Source: Reichenbachiella faecimaris
GTDB taxonomy: Bacteria; Bacteroidota; Bacteroidia; Cytophagales; Cyclobacteriaceae
DNA length: 64,000 bases
Reading direction: 5' to 3'
NCBI RefSeq assembly: GCF_900176375.1
Contig: NZ_FWYF01000001.1
Location: 1,062,449 to 1,126,448 of the forward strand
Part shown: in pieces, positions 19,804 to 28,812 of the stretch
Layout of the letters: the number at the start of each line of letters is the position of its first letter
Numbering within the stretch: position 1 is the first letter of the stretch
Notes under the pieces: model-generated
What the model was told of the DNA's origin: nothing
The model's database searches: none
The model's input: only the letters and a program-made list of their open reading frames with translations
Program-made: the position numbers and the translations under genes

Positions 19804-22134
19804 TTAAAATGGTAAATCAGTACTTTCGTCGGTATCATCGGATTCCTTTCTATTAAACTCTTCCAGTTCTTCTTCATTGAGCCATTCTTGTACGATAAAA
19901 TGGTAAGCTCTAGCCTTTTCATCTTTGTAGTATATCGTTGGAGCTACTCCAGGAATCGTTGAATCAACATTATTCCATCCAATGGGAATTTTTATATCTC
20001 TAGGATCGTTTGGCTTTAATTTTCTTTTGTCTTTGAGGTATGTTTTCAACTCAATAGTATCAACCTTATATTTTGACATTTTAGGATCGTTCAATACTTC
20101 CACTAAATGACTGATTGAATACTTTAGAACAGGTAATTTGAAAGTAAGAAACTGGTCTTTAATCCAATCTTCAAAAACTCTATCCAATCGGTTTTTGGTG
20201 GTTTCTACGATGATGCGAAATTGCTCAGTTTCGAACTGGTCAGGGCTAAACCAAAGCCTATCAGTTTTGTCGTGCGCCACTGATCTATTGGCGATGAAAT
20301 GAAGGAAAGCAGGAATTTCCTTTTTCAGCTTCATTTCCAGATCCGGGTCTTTGTCTTCTTTGGGTATCACTGGCACCCGTACCACAAACCAGCGGCTTTC
20401 GCCGTCCTCGATCTTCATCACACGGTCGGCATCGTTCGAGCAAATGATTAGCTTTCCATAATAGGCCGTTTTTTTCACGTCCATGCCTTTGATTTCCATA
20501 TAGGAGGTATCGGCCGTGGCGAGCTGCTTTAGTCGCTCTTTTTCCGCTTTCTTGTCTACTTCGAGAAAACCTTCGTCTATCGCAATGATGAATTTATTTA
20601 TATAATGGGCGTTGAATTTCATTTTGAATTGATCATTGCCCAGGATAGCCATGTTCGACCCGTAGATGGCCTGTAGCCATTTGAGGAAAGTACTTTTGCC
20701 TGTGCCGTTCTCAGGACTTACTAGAATAGGTACAGGAAGCATTTGTTTGGGTCGCTGAAACTGTAAAGTCAGGTAATCCAATGCCACAGTAAACTGATCG
20801 CCAATGATATTGTTTTCTATAGTGCCTTCGCCCTGGAAGATATGCCTTAGAAATTTGGCCGTATTAGGAAACTCCCCTTCTACAAGGTCATGGGTGAGCG
20901 GACTATAAAGGTTGTAGCAATCGTAATGCACTCGTTTATAGTTCTCATTCCAACACGGTTCACTACAGAAAGCATCGTATTTAGGCACGTTGTCCAGGAA
21001 GTCAGGAAAAAACTTGTAGTCACGCTGTATTTCTCCAATTTTCCATCGTATCAAATCTTCTTCAGGTTCACCGTATTTGTTTGGCGTGGTAATCACTTTT
21101 ACCCAATCAGGGCCTATACGCATATATTTTTCGGTGTCTTCGTGTCGGACATACTTCACAGCTTCACCGTTGAACTCATACCTTCGTTTTTTGAAGAGAA
21201 ATTCCCGTGATCCTATAAATGCCTTGTAGGTAGTGTAAAATTCGGTTTCGTTGCGCAGACCGAAGTAGGCATACATGCGCTGGAGCTTGCCATCGGTGAG
21301 AATGTGACCCGTGAAATACTTCTGTGCAAACTGAAATTTGAGCAGATCATTTTTGATTTCTTCTCGTGGCTTTCCGGCGGTGTATTTGCCCAGCAGATCG
21401 TCCAGCCCTTTGGCATCTTCCTGAATGTAGCGGCTGCGAATGTGCATAAAATACACATTGGTCAAAGCCACCTGGTCGTCGTCTAGTAGCAGCTCCACCG
21501 ATTCACGCAAGTACTTGACAGCACTATAAAAAGACTGCGGCCGCTGGCTTAGGTCTTTGTCTTTCTTCCAGTTGACTGTGAGGGTGTCGGCATCGGTGAG
21601 GTAGACCAGTTTTTCGACCTTGCAGACGGTAATGAGTTCGATTAGTTCGTGGTGTAATTCGCCTGGCATATCGCCGCTGTAGAATCCGTGTATAGATGGT
21701 AACCCTACGATATCAAATCCGCACGTATCGCCCATCCAGGCTTTAAATTCACCTTCGGTGAGTACCAAAGTATCAATGTTTTCTTTCTTGGCGTATTTAG
21801 CCAATATACCAGGAGGAAAAAACGGGTGATGTCCTGATCCTTTGGGCTGCCAGTACTTCATATCACCTTCAGGATTTTTCAATCGCTTTCTGCTGAAGGG
21901 TTCCGCCCATTTGTTGCCTGGCTTGGTGTATTTGACCCGTGACTTATTGAGCTTGAAATAATTGATTACAATATTGTCTTCGTCGTCGGTTTCGAAGTAT
22001 CGGTTTGATACCTCGATATCTTCATTCGAAATATGGCCTTTTCGTTTGAGGTTTACGACATTGTTTTGGTCGGTCACACCCAGCGCCTTCATGCGCTGCT
22101 CAAAATAGCTCTGATTATTTTTCAAAGACTCCAT
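19804..22134 (-). CDS. DNA primase-helicase (N-terminal Toprim, C-terminal P-loop NTPase of the VirE/D5-like type)
   Basis: Toprim motifs are LTEGEFKAW and YLTDADT (DxD). The Walker A is SPENGTGKST and the Walker B-like motif is IIAIDEGF. Size and architecture are typical of Bacteroidetes and phage-satellite pri-rep proteins. Confidence 0.75.
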   Translation of the reverse strand: MESLKNNQSYFEQRMKALGVTDQNNVVNLKRKGHISNEDIEVSNRYFETDDEDNIVINYFKLNKSRVKYTKPGNKWAEPFSRKRLKNPEGDMKYWQPKGSGHHPFFPPGILAKYAKKENIDTLVLTEGEFKAWMGDTCGFDIVGLPSIHGFYSGDMPGELHHELIELITVCKVEKLVYLTDADTLTVNWKKDKDLSQRPQSFYSAVKYLRESVELLLDDDQVALTNVYFMHIRSRYIQEDAKGLDDLLGKYTAGKPREEIKNDLLKFQFAQKYFTGHILTDGKLQRMYAYFGLRNETEFYTTYKAFIGSREFLFKKRRYEFNGEAVKYVRHEDTEKYMRIGPDWVKVITTPNKYGEPEEDLIRWKIGEIQRDYKFFPDFLDNVPKYDAFCSEPCWNENYKRVHYDCYNLYSPLTHDLVEGEFPNTAKFLRHIFQGEGTIENNIIGDQFTVALDYLTLQFQRPKQMLPVPILVSPENGTGKSTFLKWLQAIYGSNMAILGNDQFKMKFNAHYINKFIIAIDEGFLEVDKKAEKERLKQLATADTSYMEIKGMDVKKTAYYGKLIICSNDADRVMKIEDGESRWFVVRVPVIPKEDKDPDLEMKLKKEIPAFLHFIANRSVAHDKTDRLWFSPDQFETEQFRIIVETTKNRLDRVFEDWIKDQFLTFKLPVLKYSISHLVEVLNDPKMSKYKVDTIELKTYLKDKRKLKPNDPRDIKIPIGWNNVDSTIPGVAPTIYYKDEKARAYHFIVQEWLNEEELEEFNRKESDDTDESTDLPF

Positions 22135-22149
22135 CTATACATCTTTTCT

Positions 22150-22178
22150 AAAAAAAAAGCTGCCTTGAATAGGCAGCT
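22150..22178 (-). terminator. Rho-independent terminator (minus strand) after the 142-aa gene
   Basis: Read on the minus strand, the hairpin AGCTGCC-tattcaa-GGCAGCT is followed by a run of 9 T. Confidence 0.55.
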
Positions 22179-22185
22179 GTTATTA

Positions 22186-22614
22186 TCAACCAACATGTTC
22201 TAAGATCATCTTTTCAAGACTCGATGGTCGGCAGGATTGAGCGATCCTGGCAATGACATTAATCGCATCAAAACATTTTAATGGATCATCGCAATTGTCT
22301 GCAAAGTTCGAAGAAAGAATACTCATACTTTCTATCATATACTCATGAAACTCCAGCAACATGGGAGCTGTATCAAATTCATCAAAGTGAATTTCTATAG
22401 TGTCTTCCTTGCTATTAAGTGTCCTGAATATTGACCTGGCCAGCATCGAAAGAAAGGCGACTTTATCCAGTGTTTCTCTAGGTGAAATCTCGCTACCGTG
22501 AGCAGTAATTGTCTCTATGGCTTGAATTAATTGACTGTAGAACTCTTTCAGATCTGATCTGCTTTCTACACCGGGCATTTTTAATACCCAAGGATTTTTA
22601 GTAGGTTTACCCAT
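22186..22614 (-). CDS. Hypothetical protein (island backbone)
   Basis: It is a 142-aa ORF with an ATG start, good length and a terminator downstream. No motifs were recognised. Confidence 0.45.
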   Translation of the reverse strand: MGKPTKNPWVLKMPGVESRSDLKEFYSQLIQAIETITAHGSEISPRETLDKVAFLSMLARSIFRTLNSKEDTIEIHFDEFDTAPMLLEFHEYMIESMSILSSNFADNCDDPLKCFDAINVIARIAQSCRPSSLEKMILEHVG

Positions 22615-22696
22615 GGTTTATAAAATTTAGTAATGATTATTATATTCCAGTATGCGATAAAAAAATTAGCCCTTGTGTTACGCGCACAAGGGTTTC

Positions 22697-22978
22697 TTAT
22701 TCATCCTCTTCCAGAAAGTATCGATTGACTTCGCTCTCGGGGACATAGAGCTTTTTACCTCTCCGAATGACTTTAATCCTATTTTGATCTCTGAGTTGAT
22801 CAAACTTCCATCGACCAATTTTAGCTTGAAACATGAACTCAGATGCCGTTAAAAATTCTGGACGTGGCACCATTTTTAGATTTTCAAGTGCTCCTAAAAT
22901 CTTATTCTGATTTTCAATGAATTCTTCGAACCTTTCTGAAGGTAATTCAATTATTTGCTTGACTGATGAGCCTTCCAT
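22697..22978 (-). CDS. Excisionase-family HTH (HTH_17-like) DNA-binding protein
   Basis: The protein is 93 aa. LTASEFMFQAKIGRWKFDQL...IKVIRRGKKLYVPESEV matches the MerR-like excisionase HTH common in Bacteroidetes mobile elements. Confidence 0.55.
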   Translation of the reverse strand: MEGSSVKQIIELPSERFEEFIENQNKILGALENLKMVPRPEFLTASEFMFQAKIGRWKFDQLRDQNRIKVIRRGKKLYVPESEVNRYFLEEDE

Positions 22979-23066
22979 TTTCGTTTTATTATGAATGTTA
23001 CAGTTATTTCATAATTCAAACATAATGAGAATATATTGAAATGTGAATATTATCGTGAAATGTTTT

Positions 23067-23843
23067 TTATTTTTTCACGATTTCAAAAGTTCTTAGATAA
23101 TATTCACAAGTCTGCTGAAGTAACTCTATCTCTTCAGTTCTATAATCGGTACTCAAGAAATTTACAGACTCAATGGCATCCACTTGACACATTTCGTATG
23201 TTGTAATAATATTACCACTCCTTTGTGTTTCAAGCATTCTTTCTAACAAGGCAAAACCAACTTCAAACGGCTTAAGGATTTCTAGGTAAAAAGCAGTCTG
23301 TCCATTACTATCCGAAGAGATACTTCGAAGAGGTGTGAAAAATTCTGAAAACTTATTTGGTGTAGACAGAAGCTTGTATTTTACATCTGAGTAGCCACTT
23401 GAGACTAATTTGTCCTTCAATATAGCACCTAAGAAAAAGTCTACAGATAGAAAAATAGGATTCAAATAAATATCAAGTATACCCTTTACATTTAAGTCTA
23501 GTAGGTTTTCCCCCTTATCATAGAAATTTCTAAATATCTTTTGACAAAGCTCTACCTCCTTTTCAAGAGTATTACGAAGCATTTCTGATGGGTTTGAAAA
23601 TTGCTGCTCCGTTAAATATCCAAAATCCCAAAATTCAACGCTGCTAGAAAATTCTTGAATTGAATACTCATCGCGCTCTACATGTTCGGAGTATGACGCT
23701 AGGTGGCTTCTTATTTCAACTGGTTTATTATTATATCTCAGTCTAATATATAGCGGATACCTTGGATTATTATTTACGTCAACTTCCGGAGGGAGACGTT
23801 TATTCAAAAAATGTCTTACTGTAAACTTCTTTTCTCGAGCCAT
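23067..23843 (-). CDS. Hypothetical protein (island backbone, adjacent to the integrase)
   Basis: It is a 258-aa ORF ending 2 bp before the integrase start. No motifs were recognised. Confidence 0.45.
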   Translation of the reverse strand: MAREKKFTVRHFLNKRLPPEVDVNNNPRYPLYIRLRYNNKPVEIRSHLASYSEHVERDEYSIQEFSSSVEFWDFGYLTEQQFSNPSEMLRNTLEKEVELCQKIFRNFYDKGENLLDLNVKGILDIYLNPIFLSVDFFLGAILKDKLVSSGYSDVKYKLLSTPNKFSEFFTPLRSISSDSNGQTAFYLEILKPFEVGFALLERMLETQRSGNIITTYEMCQVDAIESVNFLSTDYRTEEIELLQQTCEYYLRTFEIVKK

Positions 23844-23845
23844 AA

Positions 23846-25036
23846 TTACAAACCTAAACTACTGATATCAATTTTATCCACTCTCTCCCCCATTTCTCTA
23901 AGAGACAGTTCATAGTAGCTCTTCGTAGTACTTTCCTTAGTATGCCCTACAATCTTTGCCGTAAATTGTGTTTCCAGGCCTTGAGCTTCCCAGAACTGAA
24001 CAGCTGAATGTCTGGCCATTTTATTGCTTAGCTTTTTATTGATCCCAGCTGCAGCTGCTATCTCTTTTAGTTTTCCATTATACTTCGGTTCTGATATCAG
24101 ACTAGGAAATATAAACTTGCTGTGTTTTCCTTTTTGTTCAGATACCAAAGCAATAGCATGCGGAAATTTGTATATGGGCGCCAGGTAGCTTTGATTGTTT
24201 TTATAGCGGTCGGCTCGAATAAAATAGCCCTGGTCACTCGCCACCAAATCAGGCCACTCTAATTTTTTTAGATCCGAATAATAAAAGGCCGCATAAAAAC
24301 AAAATAACCAGTGATTTCTTGTGTCTTCTAGATCCTGTCTATCCAGTGGCAACCTACAGTTCTTTAGTTGTAGAATCTCATCAGTTTCAAGGTATGATCT
24401 CCTGGGCTTTGAGAGCTTAATGCCTAAGTCCACCAAATAAAACGGATCTCGATCTAGGTGTCCCTGCTTCACTGCCTTTCTAGTGATTTTTTTGAAGGCA
24501 TCAAAATACTTCTTCACCGTGGCCCCGGTATGTCCTTTACCCTTTAAGAATTCAACAAACCTCAGGAATAAATCTTCGCATAAATCACAAAATAGAATTT
24601 CCTTGTTAAAAGAATTAAGATGTTTTTGAAACGTCTTATATTTCTTGATTGTATTAAGATTGTTGAATTTTTCAGTTCGAAGATAGTTCTCGATGTAATC
24701 GTTGAATAGCTGCTTGTTTCCAGTCATCCGCATGAAATCATCAATAGAAGAAAGATGAATAGAATGTCCAAAAGCTTTAAGACGATATATATGCGAATTA
24801 ATCGCAGCCACCTGATCTTGGATGAGCCTGTTTATTTCAAAGCTATTCGGATGAGATTCTTTAACCCACTTATCCGGTTTACCACTCCAAAATTTAGGAT
24901 TGATTCTTTGGTCTAAACTATAATACTTGGATTTCCGATTGATTGTAACCCTAACCTGGATCTGGTGTAACCCTGACTTTGTTTTGCGATTATTCCGATT
25001 AATTAATGGTGTAACTGAGAATCCCATTTTTTTCAT
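23846..25036 (-). CDS. Tyrosine-type site-specific integrase (Bacteroidetes type with N-terminal Arm DNA-binding domain)
   Basis: The N-terminus (KSGLHQIQVRVTINRKSKYYSLDQRINPKFW) is Arm-DNA-bind-like. The C-terminal catalytic region has ...MARHSAVQFWEAQG...IVGHTKESTTKSYY (R, H-x-x-R, H, Y). The gene is adjacent to the tRNA. Confidence 0.85.
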   Translation of the reverse strand: MKKMGFSVTPLINRNNRKTKSGLHQIQVRVTINRKSKYYSLDQRINPKFWSGKPDKWVKESHPNSFEINRLIQDQVAAINSHIYRLKAFGHSIHLSSIDDFMRMTGNKQLFNDYIENYLRTEKFNNLNTIKKYKTFQKHLNSFNKEILFCDLCEDLFLRFVEFLKGKGHTGATVKKYFDAFKKITRKAVKQGHLDRDPFYLVDLGIKLSKPRRSYLETDEILQLKNCRLPLDRQDLEDTRNHWLFCFYAAFYYSDLKKLEWPDLVASDQGYFIRADRYKNNQSYLAPIYKFPHAIALVSEQKGKHSKFIFPSLISEPKYNGKLKEIAAAAGINKKLSNKMARHSAVQFWEAQGLETQFTAKIVGHTKESTTKSYYELSLREMGERVDKIDISSLGL

Positions 25037-25193
25037 GGTTTATTCAAACCTATGACAAAAAAATGTGAAAACAAATGCGCAAACAAATACCAAAAACAAG
25101 CAACAATAAACAATTGAACAAACATCAAAAAACCTTGATTATTTACTAACAATCAAGGTTTTAGCTTTTGTTTGTATTTGCTAGATGTTGTTA

Positions 25194-25211
25194 TTGTGGC
25201 CCCTCCAGGAA
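25194..25211. repeat. Proximal att direct repeat (ttgtggcccctccaggaa) overlapping the tRNA-Arg 3-prime end
   Basis: It is an exact match to 10693..10710. Confidence 0.7.
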
Positions 25212-25268
25212 TCGAACCTGGATCTAAAGTTTAGGAAACTTCTATTCTATCCATTGAACTAAGGGGCC
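25197..25268 (-). tRNA. tRNA-Arg (anticodon CCT)
   Basis: The reverse complement folds as a cloverleaf. The acceptor is GGCCCCT/AGGGGCC, the D-arm GTTC...GAAT, the anticodon stem GAAGT/ACTTT with loop TTCCTAA (CCT), and the T-arm CCAGG-TTCGATT-CCTGG. CCA is not encoded. Confidence 0.8.
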
Positions 25269-25325
25269 ATATCAGCAAATCTATAAATTTTATTGGAATG
25301 AGAAACTTCACAAGCTCATTGGTCA

Positions 25326-25622
25326 TTAAGTCATCAGCTCTGCCACTCTTTCTTCAAGAGAAGTCATATTGTCTCCCAAGGCGTCAATAAGGTCTACCTC
25401 TTTCTTATGTTTTTTATAAAATTCTTGGTAGGCCTCTTTTGACGTCCAATAATCTATGGTTATAAACATTTGATTGGTCTCTGTTTCGCAAAAAAGCTCT
25501 GTTTTAACATAATCTGGTGATTTGGAGAATAGTTGAACCCAATCCCCTTTCGAATCATATACTTTCAAAAAATCCTTGATACGTTCTGATTCAACACGAT
25601 ATCGCCAGATGACCCTGTACAC
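25326..25622 (-). CDS. Small ABM (antibiotic-biosynthesis-monooxygenase-like) domain protein
   Basis: The ORF is 98 aa. It has a ferredoxin-like fold signature that is only weakly recognisable. It abuts the rhodanese gene. Confidence 0.3.
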   Translation of the reverse strand: MYRVIWRYRVESERIKDFLKVYDSKGDWVQLFSKSPDYVKTELFCETETNQMFITIDYWTSKEAYQEFYKKHKKEVDLIDALGDNMTSLEERVAELMT

Positions 25623-26116
25623 TAGTAAACTGTTTCAGCATCATTCAACCATACGCCCCAGGTACGACCATAGCCATGTACCTTCTTAGTCGTATTGCCC
25701 AAACTATCCACCACTGGTTGGCCTGAATTGTACCAATCAAAAATACCTCCATAGAGATTTTTTACATTGGTGTAGCCAGCCCTCTCCAGTTTTTCTGCCA
25801 CTTTTTCGCTTCTGTACCCGATCGAGCAATAAACAATAATTTCAGCATCCTTATCAATGTCTTTTATTGATTTGATTTTAAAATCATCATAACCTACAAA
25901 TTGAGCACCTGCTATCCTACTTATATCATACTCCTCCTGCGCACGAGCATCCAGCCAAACCACATCTGTCTTTTTAATTTCATCTGCTTTCACTTCAGTT
26001 ACAGAATGGCTAATCAAGGAATTGATTAAAGCATAAAAAGCTTTCTTTTTCATATCGTCTTGGGGATAGAATAGTAATGAAGGCAGAATAAAAAAAGTAA
26101 GTGCTAAACTTTTCAT
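25622..26116 (-). CDS. Rhodanese-domain sulfurtransferase (secreted)
   Basis: It has a signal peptide and the active-site CSIGYRS (Cys-X5-Arg loop). Confidence 0.7.
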   Translation of the reverse strand: MKSLALTFFILPSLLFYPQDDMKKKAFYALINSLISHSVTEVKADEIKKTDVVWLDARAQEEYDISRIAGAQFVGYDDFKIKSIKDIDKDAEIIVYCSIGYRSEKVAEKLERAGYTNVKNLYGGIFDWYNSGQPVVDSLGNTTKKVHGYGRTWGVWLNDAETVY

Positions 26117-26409
26117 AGATGCGATTCAATGACTGATTTGAGCTGCTGCTTAGTGGAAGTCCCTGAGTGTCTCCAAAGGATTTGCCCTTTCTTGAATAAA
26201 ATCATGGTAGGTATAGATCTAATCTGATATACTTGAGAGGCCTTTTGATTTTTGTCTACATCTACTTTGATCACTTGTGCTTTGCCCTTCACCTCGCTTT
26301 TGAGTTCAGAAAGCACAGGAGCCATCTGCTGACAAGGCCCACACCAGTCGGCATAAAAATCGACCAGCACAGGCTGATCGGAATTTATGATATCTGAAAA
26401 TGTCGCCAT
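26113..26409 (-). CDS. trxA: Thioredoxin
   Basis: It contains the WCGPC active site and is 98 aa. Confidence 0.85.
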   Translation of the reverse strand: MATFSDIINSDQPVLVDFYADWCGPCQQMAPVLSELKSEVKGKAQVIKVDVDKNQKASQVYQIRSIPTMILFKKGQILWRHSGTSTKQQLKSVIESHL

Positions 26410-26505
26410 ATTATGTTAAAAATGAAAAACAATAAGGCCGTCTCAAAAGTTCGGCAACTTGACCCACTCCCCTCTTGGGAGAGGGGAATTTATTTGATTT
26501 ATATT

Positions 26506-27099
26506 CTAGAATTCTACCTTAGGCGCATTCTCGCTACCTTCTTGTGCGGCAAAGGCTGTTTTCTTTTCGAAATCAAACCATCCAGCGAATATTGTATTAG
26601 GGAATTTTCTAATGTAAGTATTATACCCTTGCACGGTTTCATTGAATCTTCTTCGTTCTACAGCGATTCGGTTTTCAGTGCCCTCTAGTTGGGCTTGAAG
26701 CTCAAGAAAGTTTTGATTAGCCTTTAAGTCAGGATACTTTTCGACAGTCACCAGCAAGCGAGACAGGGCAGAAGAAAGTCCACTTTGCGCTTCTTGAAAC
26801 TTTTGAATAGAAGCCGCATTTAAGTTGCCTGCGTCAATGGTTGTGCTGGTGGCTTTTGCTCTGGCTTGTACCACAGCTTCCAAGGTTTCCTTTTCGTGTG
26901 CGGCATACCCTTTTACGGTACTTACTAGATTAGGGATCAAATCCGCTCGTCTTTGGTATTGTGTTTCTACATTGGCCCACTGTGCGGTCACTCCTTCGTC
27001 CATGGCTACCATATTGTTGTATTTTCCAGTTACGGAACTATACATCCAAATCACTACTAAGGCTAGTGCGCCTAATATTATTAATGTCTTTTTGTTCAT
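26506..27099 (-). CDS. LemA family protein
   Basis: It has an N-terminal TM and the conserved LemA core (QWANVETQYQRRADLIPNLV). Confidence 0.8.
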   Translation of the reverse strand: MNKKTLIILGALALVVIWMYSSVTGKYNNMVAMDEGVTAQWANVETQYQRRADLIPNLVSTVKGYAAHEKETLEAVVQARAKATSTTIDAGNLNAASIQKFQEAQSGLSSALSRLLVTVEKYPDLKANQNFLELQAQLEGTENRIAVERRRFNETVQGYNTYIRKFPNTIFAGWFDFEKKTAFAAQEGSENAPKVEF

Positions 27100-27141
27100 C
27101 TTCTTACTTGGTTAAAAATCAAATGTACTACTTTAGCTGGA

Positions 27142-28017
27142 ATGAAAATTAAGAATACTCCAACTCTTTTTGTCCTTATTTGTTTCATTTTTCTGAGCAA
27201 TATTACAATCGCTCAAGACTATGTGACTATACCCGAACTCAAACAACGGGTAACGGACCTGACTCAGACCATTTCTAGTAATGATCTGGATTATTTGGAA
27301 GACAAATTGGCACGATTTGAAGAAACCAAAGGTAGTCAAATTGCCGTATTGATCCTGTCCTCTACTAAACCCGAAGAAATCGAACAATTCAGTATTCGTG
27401 TAGCCGAAAAATGGAAAATTGGGCGCGGAGGAGTGGATGATGGTGTATTGATGGTGGTGGCCATGAATGATCGCAAACTCAGAATTGACGTGGGGTATGG
27501 GCTAGAGGGGGCCATTCCCGATATTTATGCCAAGCGAATTATCGAAAATATTATCACACCCGAGTTTAGGCACGGACAGTTTTCTACAGGAATCAATAAG
27601 GGATTAGATGCTATTATGGATTTGATCAATGGAGAGGACTTACCAGTGGTAACAAAAACCAATTATAGCACCCAAAAATCGGGTAAGAAGTTTTCCATAT
27701 TCCTTATTGTATTTGGGTTGATTGCATTGAGTGTCATTAAATCCATGATAAAGAATTCGCCAATGAAAATAGTAGTAGCCATTGTAATCGCTATTTTGTT
27801 GGGCTTTCTTTTTGCCAACATAGTGATGGGTATCATTTCTCTCATATTTTCTCTGGTTGTACTATTCGGTAACTCTTCGGGCAGAGGTGGTGGTGGATAC
27901 TATGGCGGGGGCTATTATGGTGGCTCTGGTGGAGGCTTTTCTTCTGGAGGAGGTTTTGGAGGATTCTCAGGTGGAGGTGGTGGCTTTGGTGGAGGTGGTG
28001 CATCAGGTGGCTGGTAG
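27142..28017 (+). CDS. TPM-domain protein (YgcG-like) with a Gly/Tyr-rich low-complexity C-terminal tail
   Basis: It has a signal peptide, a TPM domain (GSQIAVLILSS...GVLMVVAMNDRKLRIDVGYG), TM helices and a GGGYYGGGYYGGSGGGF... tail. It follows the LemA gene, as in the conserved LemA-TPM arrangement. Confidence 0.7.
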   Translation: MKIKNTPTLFVLICFIFLSNITIAQDYVTIPELKQRVTDLTQTISSNDLDYLEDKLARFEETKGSQIAVLILSSTKPEEIEQFSIRVAEKWKIGRGGVDDGVLMVVAMNDRKLRIDVGYGLEGAIPDIYAKRIIENIITPEFRHGQFSTGINKGLDAIMDLINGEDLPVVTKTNYSTQKSGKKFSIFLIVFGLIALSVIKSMIKNSPMKIVVAIVIAILLGFLFANIVMGIISLIFSLVVLFGNSSGRGGGGYYGGGYYGGSGGGFSSGGGFGGFSGGGGGFGGGGASGGW

Positions 28018-28036
28018 TATGATTGAATAATTATTA

Positions 28037-28720
28037 ATGAATAATTGGCACTGTGCCATGAGAGATATGAGAAAGAAATTTGAATTTTCGGCAGCGGATA
28101 AAAAGCTTGTAAAAGAAGCCGTCCAGGAGCTGGAACAAAAAACGGCTGGTGAGATGGTTGTGTATTTTGCGCGTGACAGCGACAGCTATTTGATGGCCTG
28201 TTGGAAGCTAGCTGGTATATTTGGCGTACTCTTTTTAGCACTCATTGCCACGCTTTCTTATCTGTGGTTGTTACCTGCTTCCATTGGCATCTTATTCACT
28301 TGCCTCATAGGCATTGGCACTACGACTTTGGGGTTTGCCATCCCCTATTTTATCCATACACTTAGAGTCTCTTTTACACCTGACTCTGTTGTTTCACATC
28401 GTGTGCTGACCAAAGCCAGGGACATTTTTCTACAAGAAGAAATCTTTAATACTTCAGATCGAATAGGTATTCTTATCTATATCAGTGAATTGGAACATCA
28501 AGTGCAGGTCTTGGGAGATTCGGGGATCAATGCCAAAATCCAACAAGAAGACTGGAATGAAGTTTTGGGACTTGTGATCCAAGGTATCAAAGCCAATCAT
28601 CCCGCGAAGGGCATTGCTAGCGCCATCAAAAAGTGCGAAGAGCTGTTGTTAGCCAATGACTTTGTGAATGTGGTGAAGCCAGACAATGAATTGTCTGATG
28701 ATATGAGGATAGAGGAGTAA
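28037..28720 (+). CDS. TPM-domain membrane protein (second member of the LemA-TPM cluster)
   Basis: It has a TPM-like N-terminal region (EQKTAGEMVVYF) and two TM helices. Confidence 0.5.
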   Translation: MNNWHCAMRDMRKKFEFSAADKKLVKEAVQELEQKTAGEMVVYFARDSDSYLMACWKLAGIFGVLFLALIATLSYLWLLPASIGILFTCLIGIGTTTLGFAIPYFIHTLRVSFTPDSVVSHRVLTKARDIFLQEEIFNTSDRIGILIYISELEHQVQVLGDSGINAKIQQEDWNEVLGLVIQGIKANHPAKGIASAIKKCEELLLANDFVNVVKPDNELSDDMRIEE

Positions 28721-28812
28721 AACTCGATGAAGACAAGATTTCTCCCTTCACCCTCCTATCGTCTGGTTTGGTCGAAATGACACATGCCTTGATTGCAACT
28801 TATTTGTGGAGC

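Larger units (their letters stand above)
10693..25211. mobile_element. tRNA-Arg-integrated genomic island / integrative element (~14.5 kb) with PICI-like or IME-like backbone and cargo genes
   Basis: It is bounded by 18-bp direct repeats. The integrase gene abuts the tRNA. An excisionase-like HTH, a primase-helicase with upstream iterons and additional HTH proteins are present. The interior is visibly more AT-rich than the flanks (codon usage dominated by AAA/AAT/TTT/ATT). Confidence 0.7.

Noticed and set aside
20890-21486. Several 60-106-aa ORFs on the plus strand inside the primase-helicase gene
   Set aside because: They are antisense or alternate-frame shadows inside a long, motif-supported CDS.
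26413-26688. 91-aa plus-strand ORF overlapping the LemA 3-prime end, and the hairpin tcccctcttgggagagggga at ~26467-26488
   Set aside because: The ORF is antisense to LemA. The hairpin may be a terminator or an RNA structure, but the T-tract placement is ambiguous for either strand, so it was not called.
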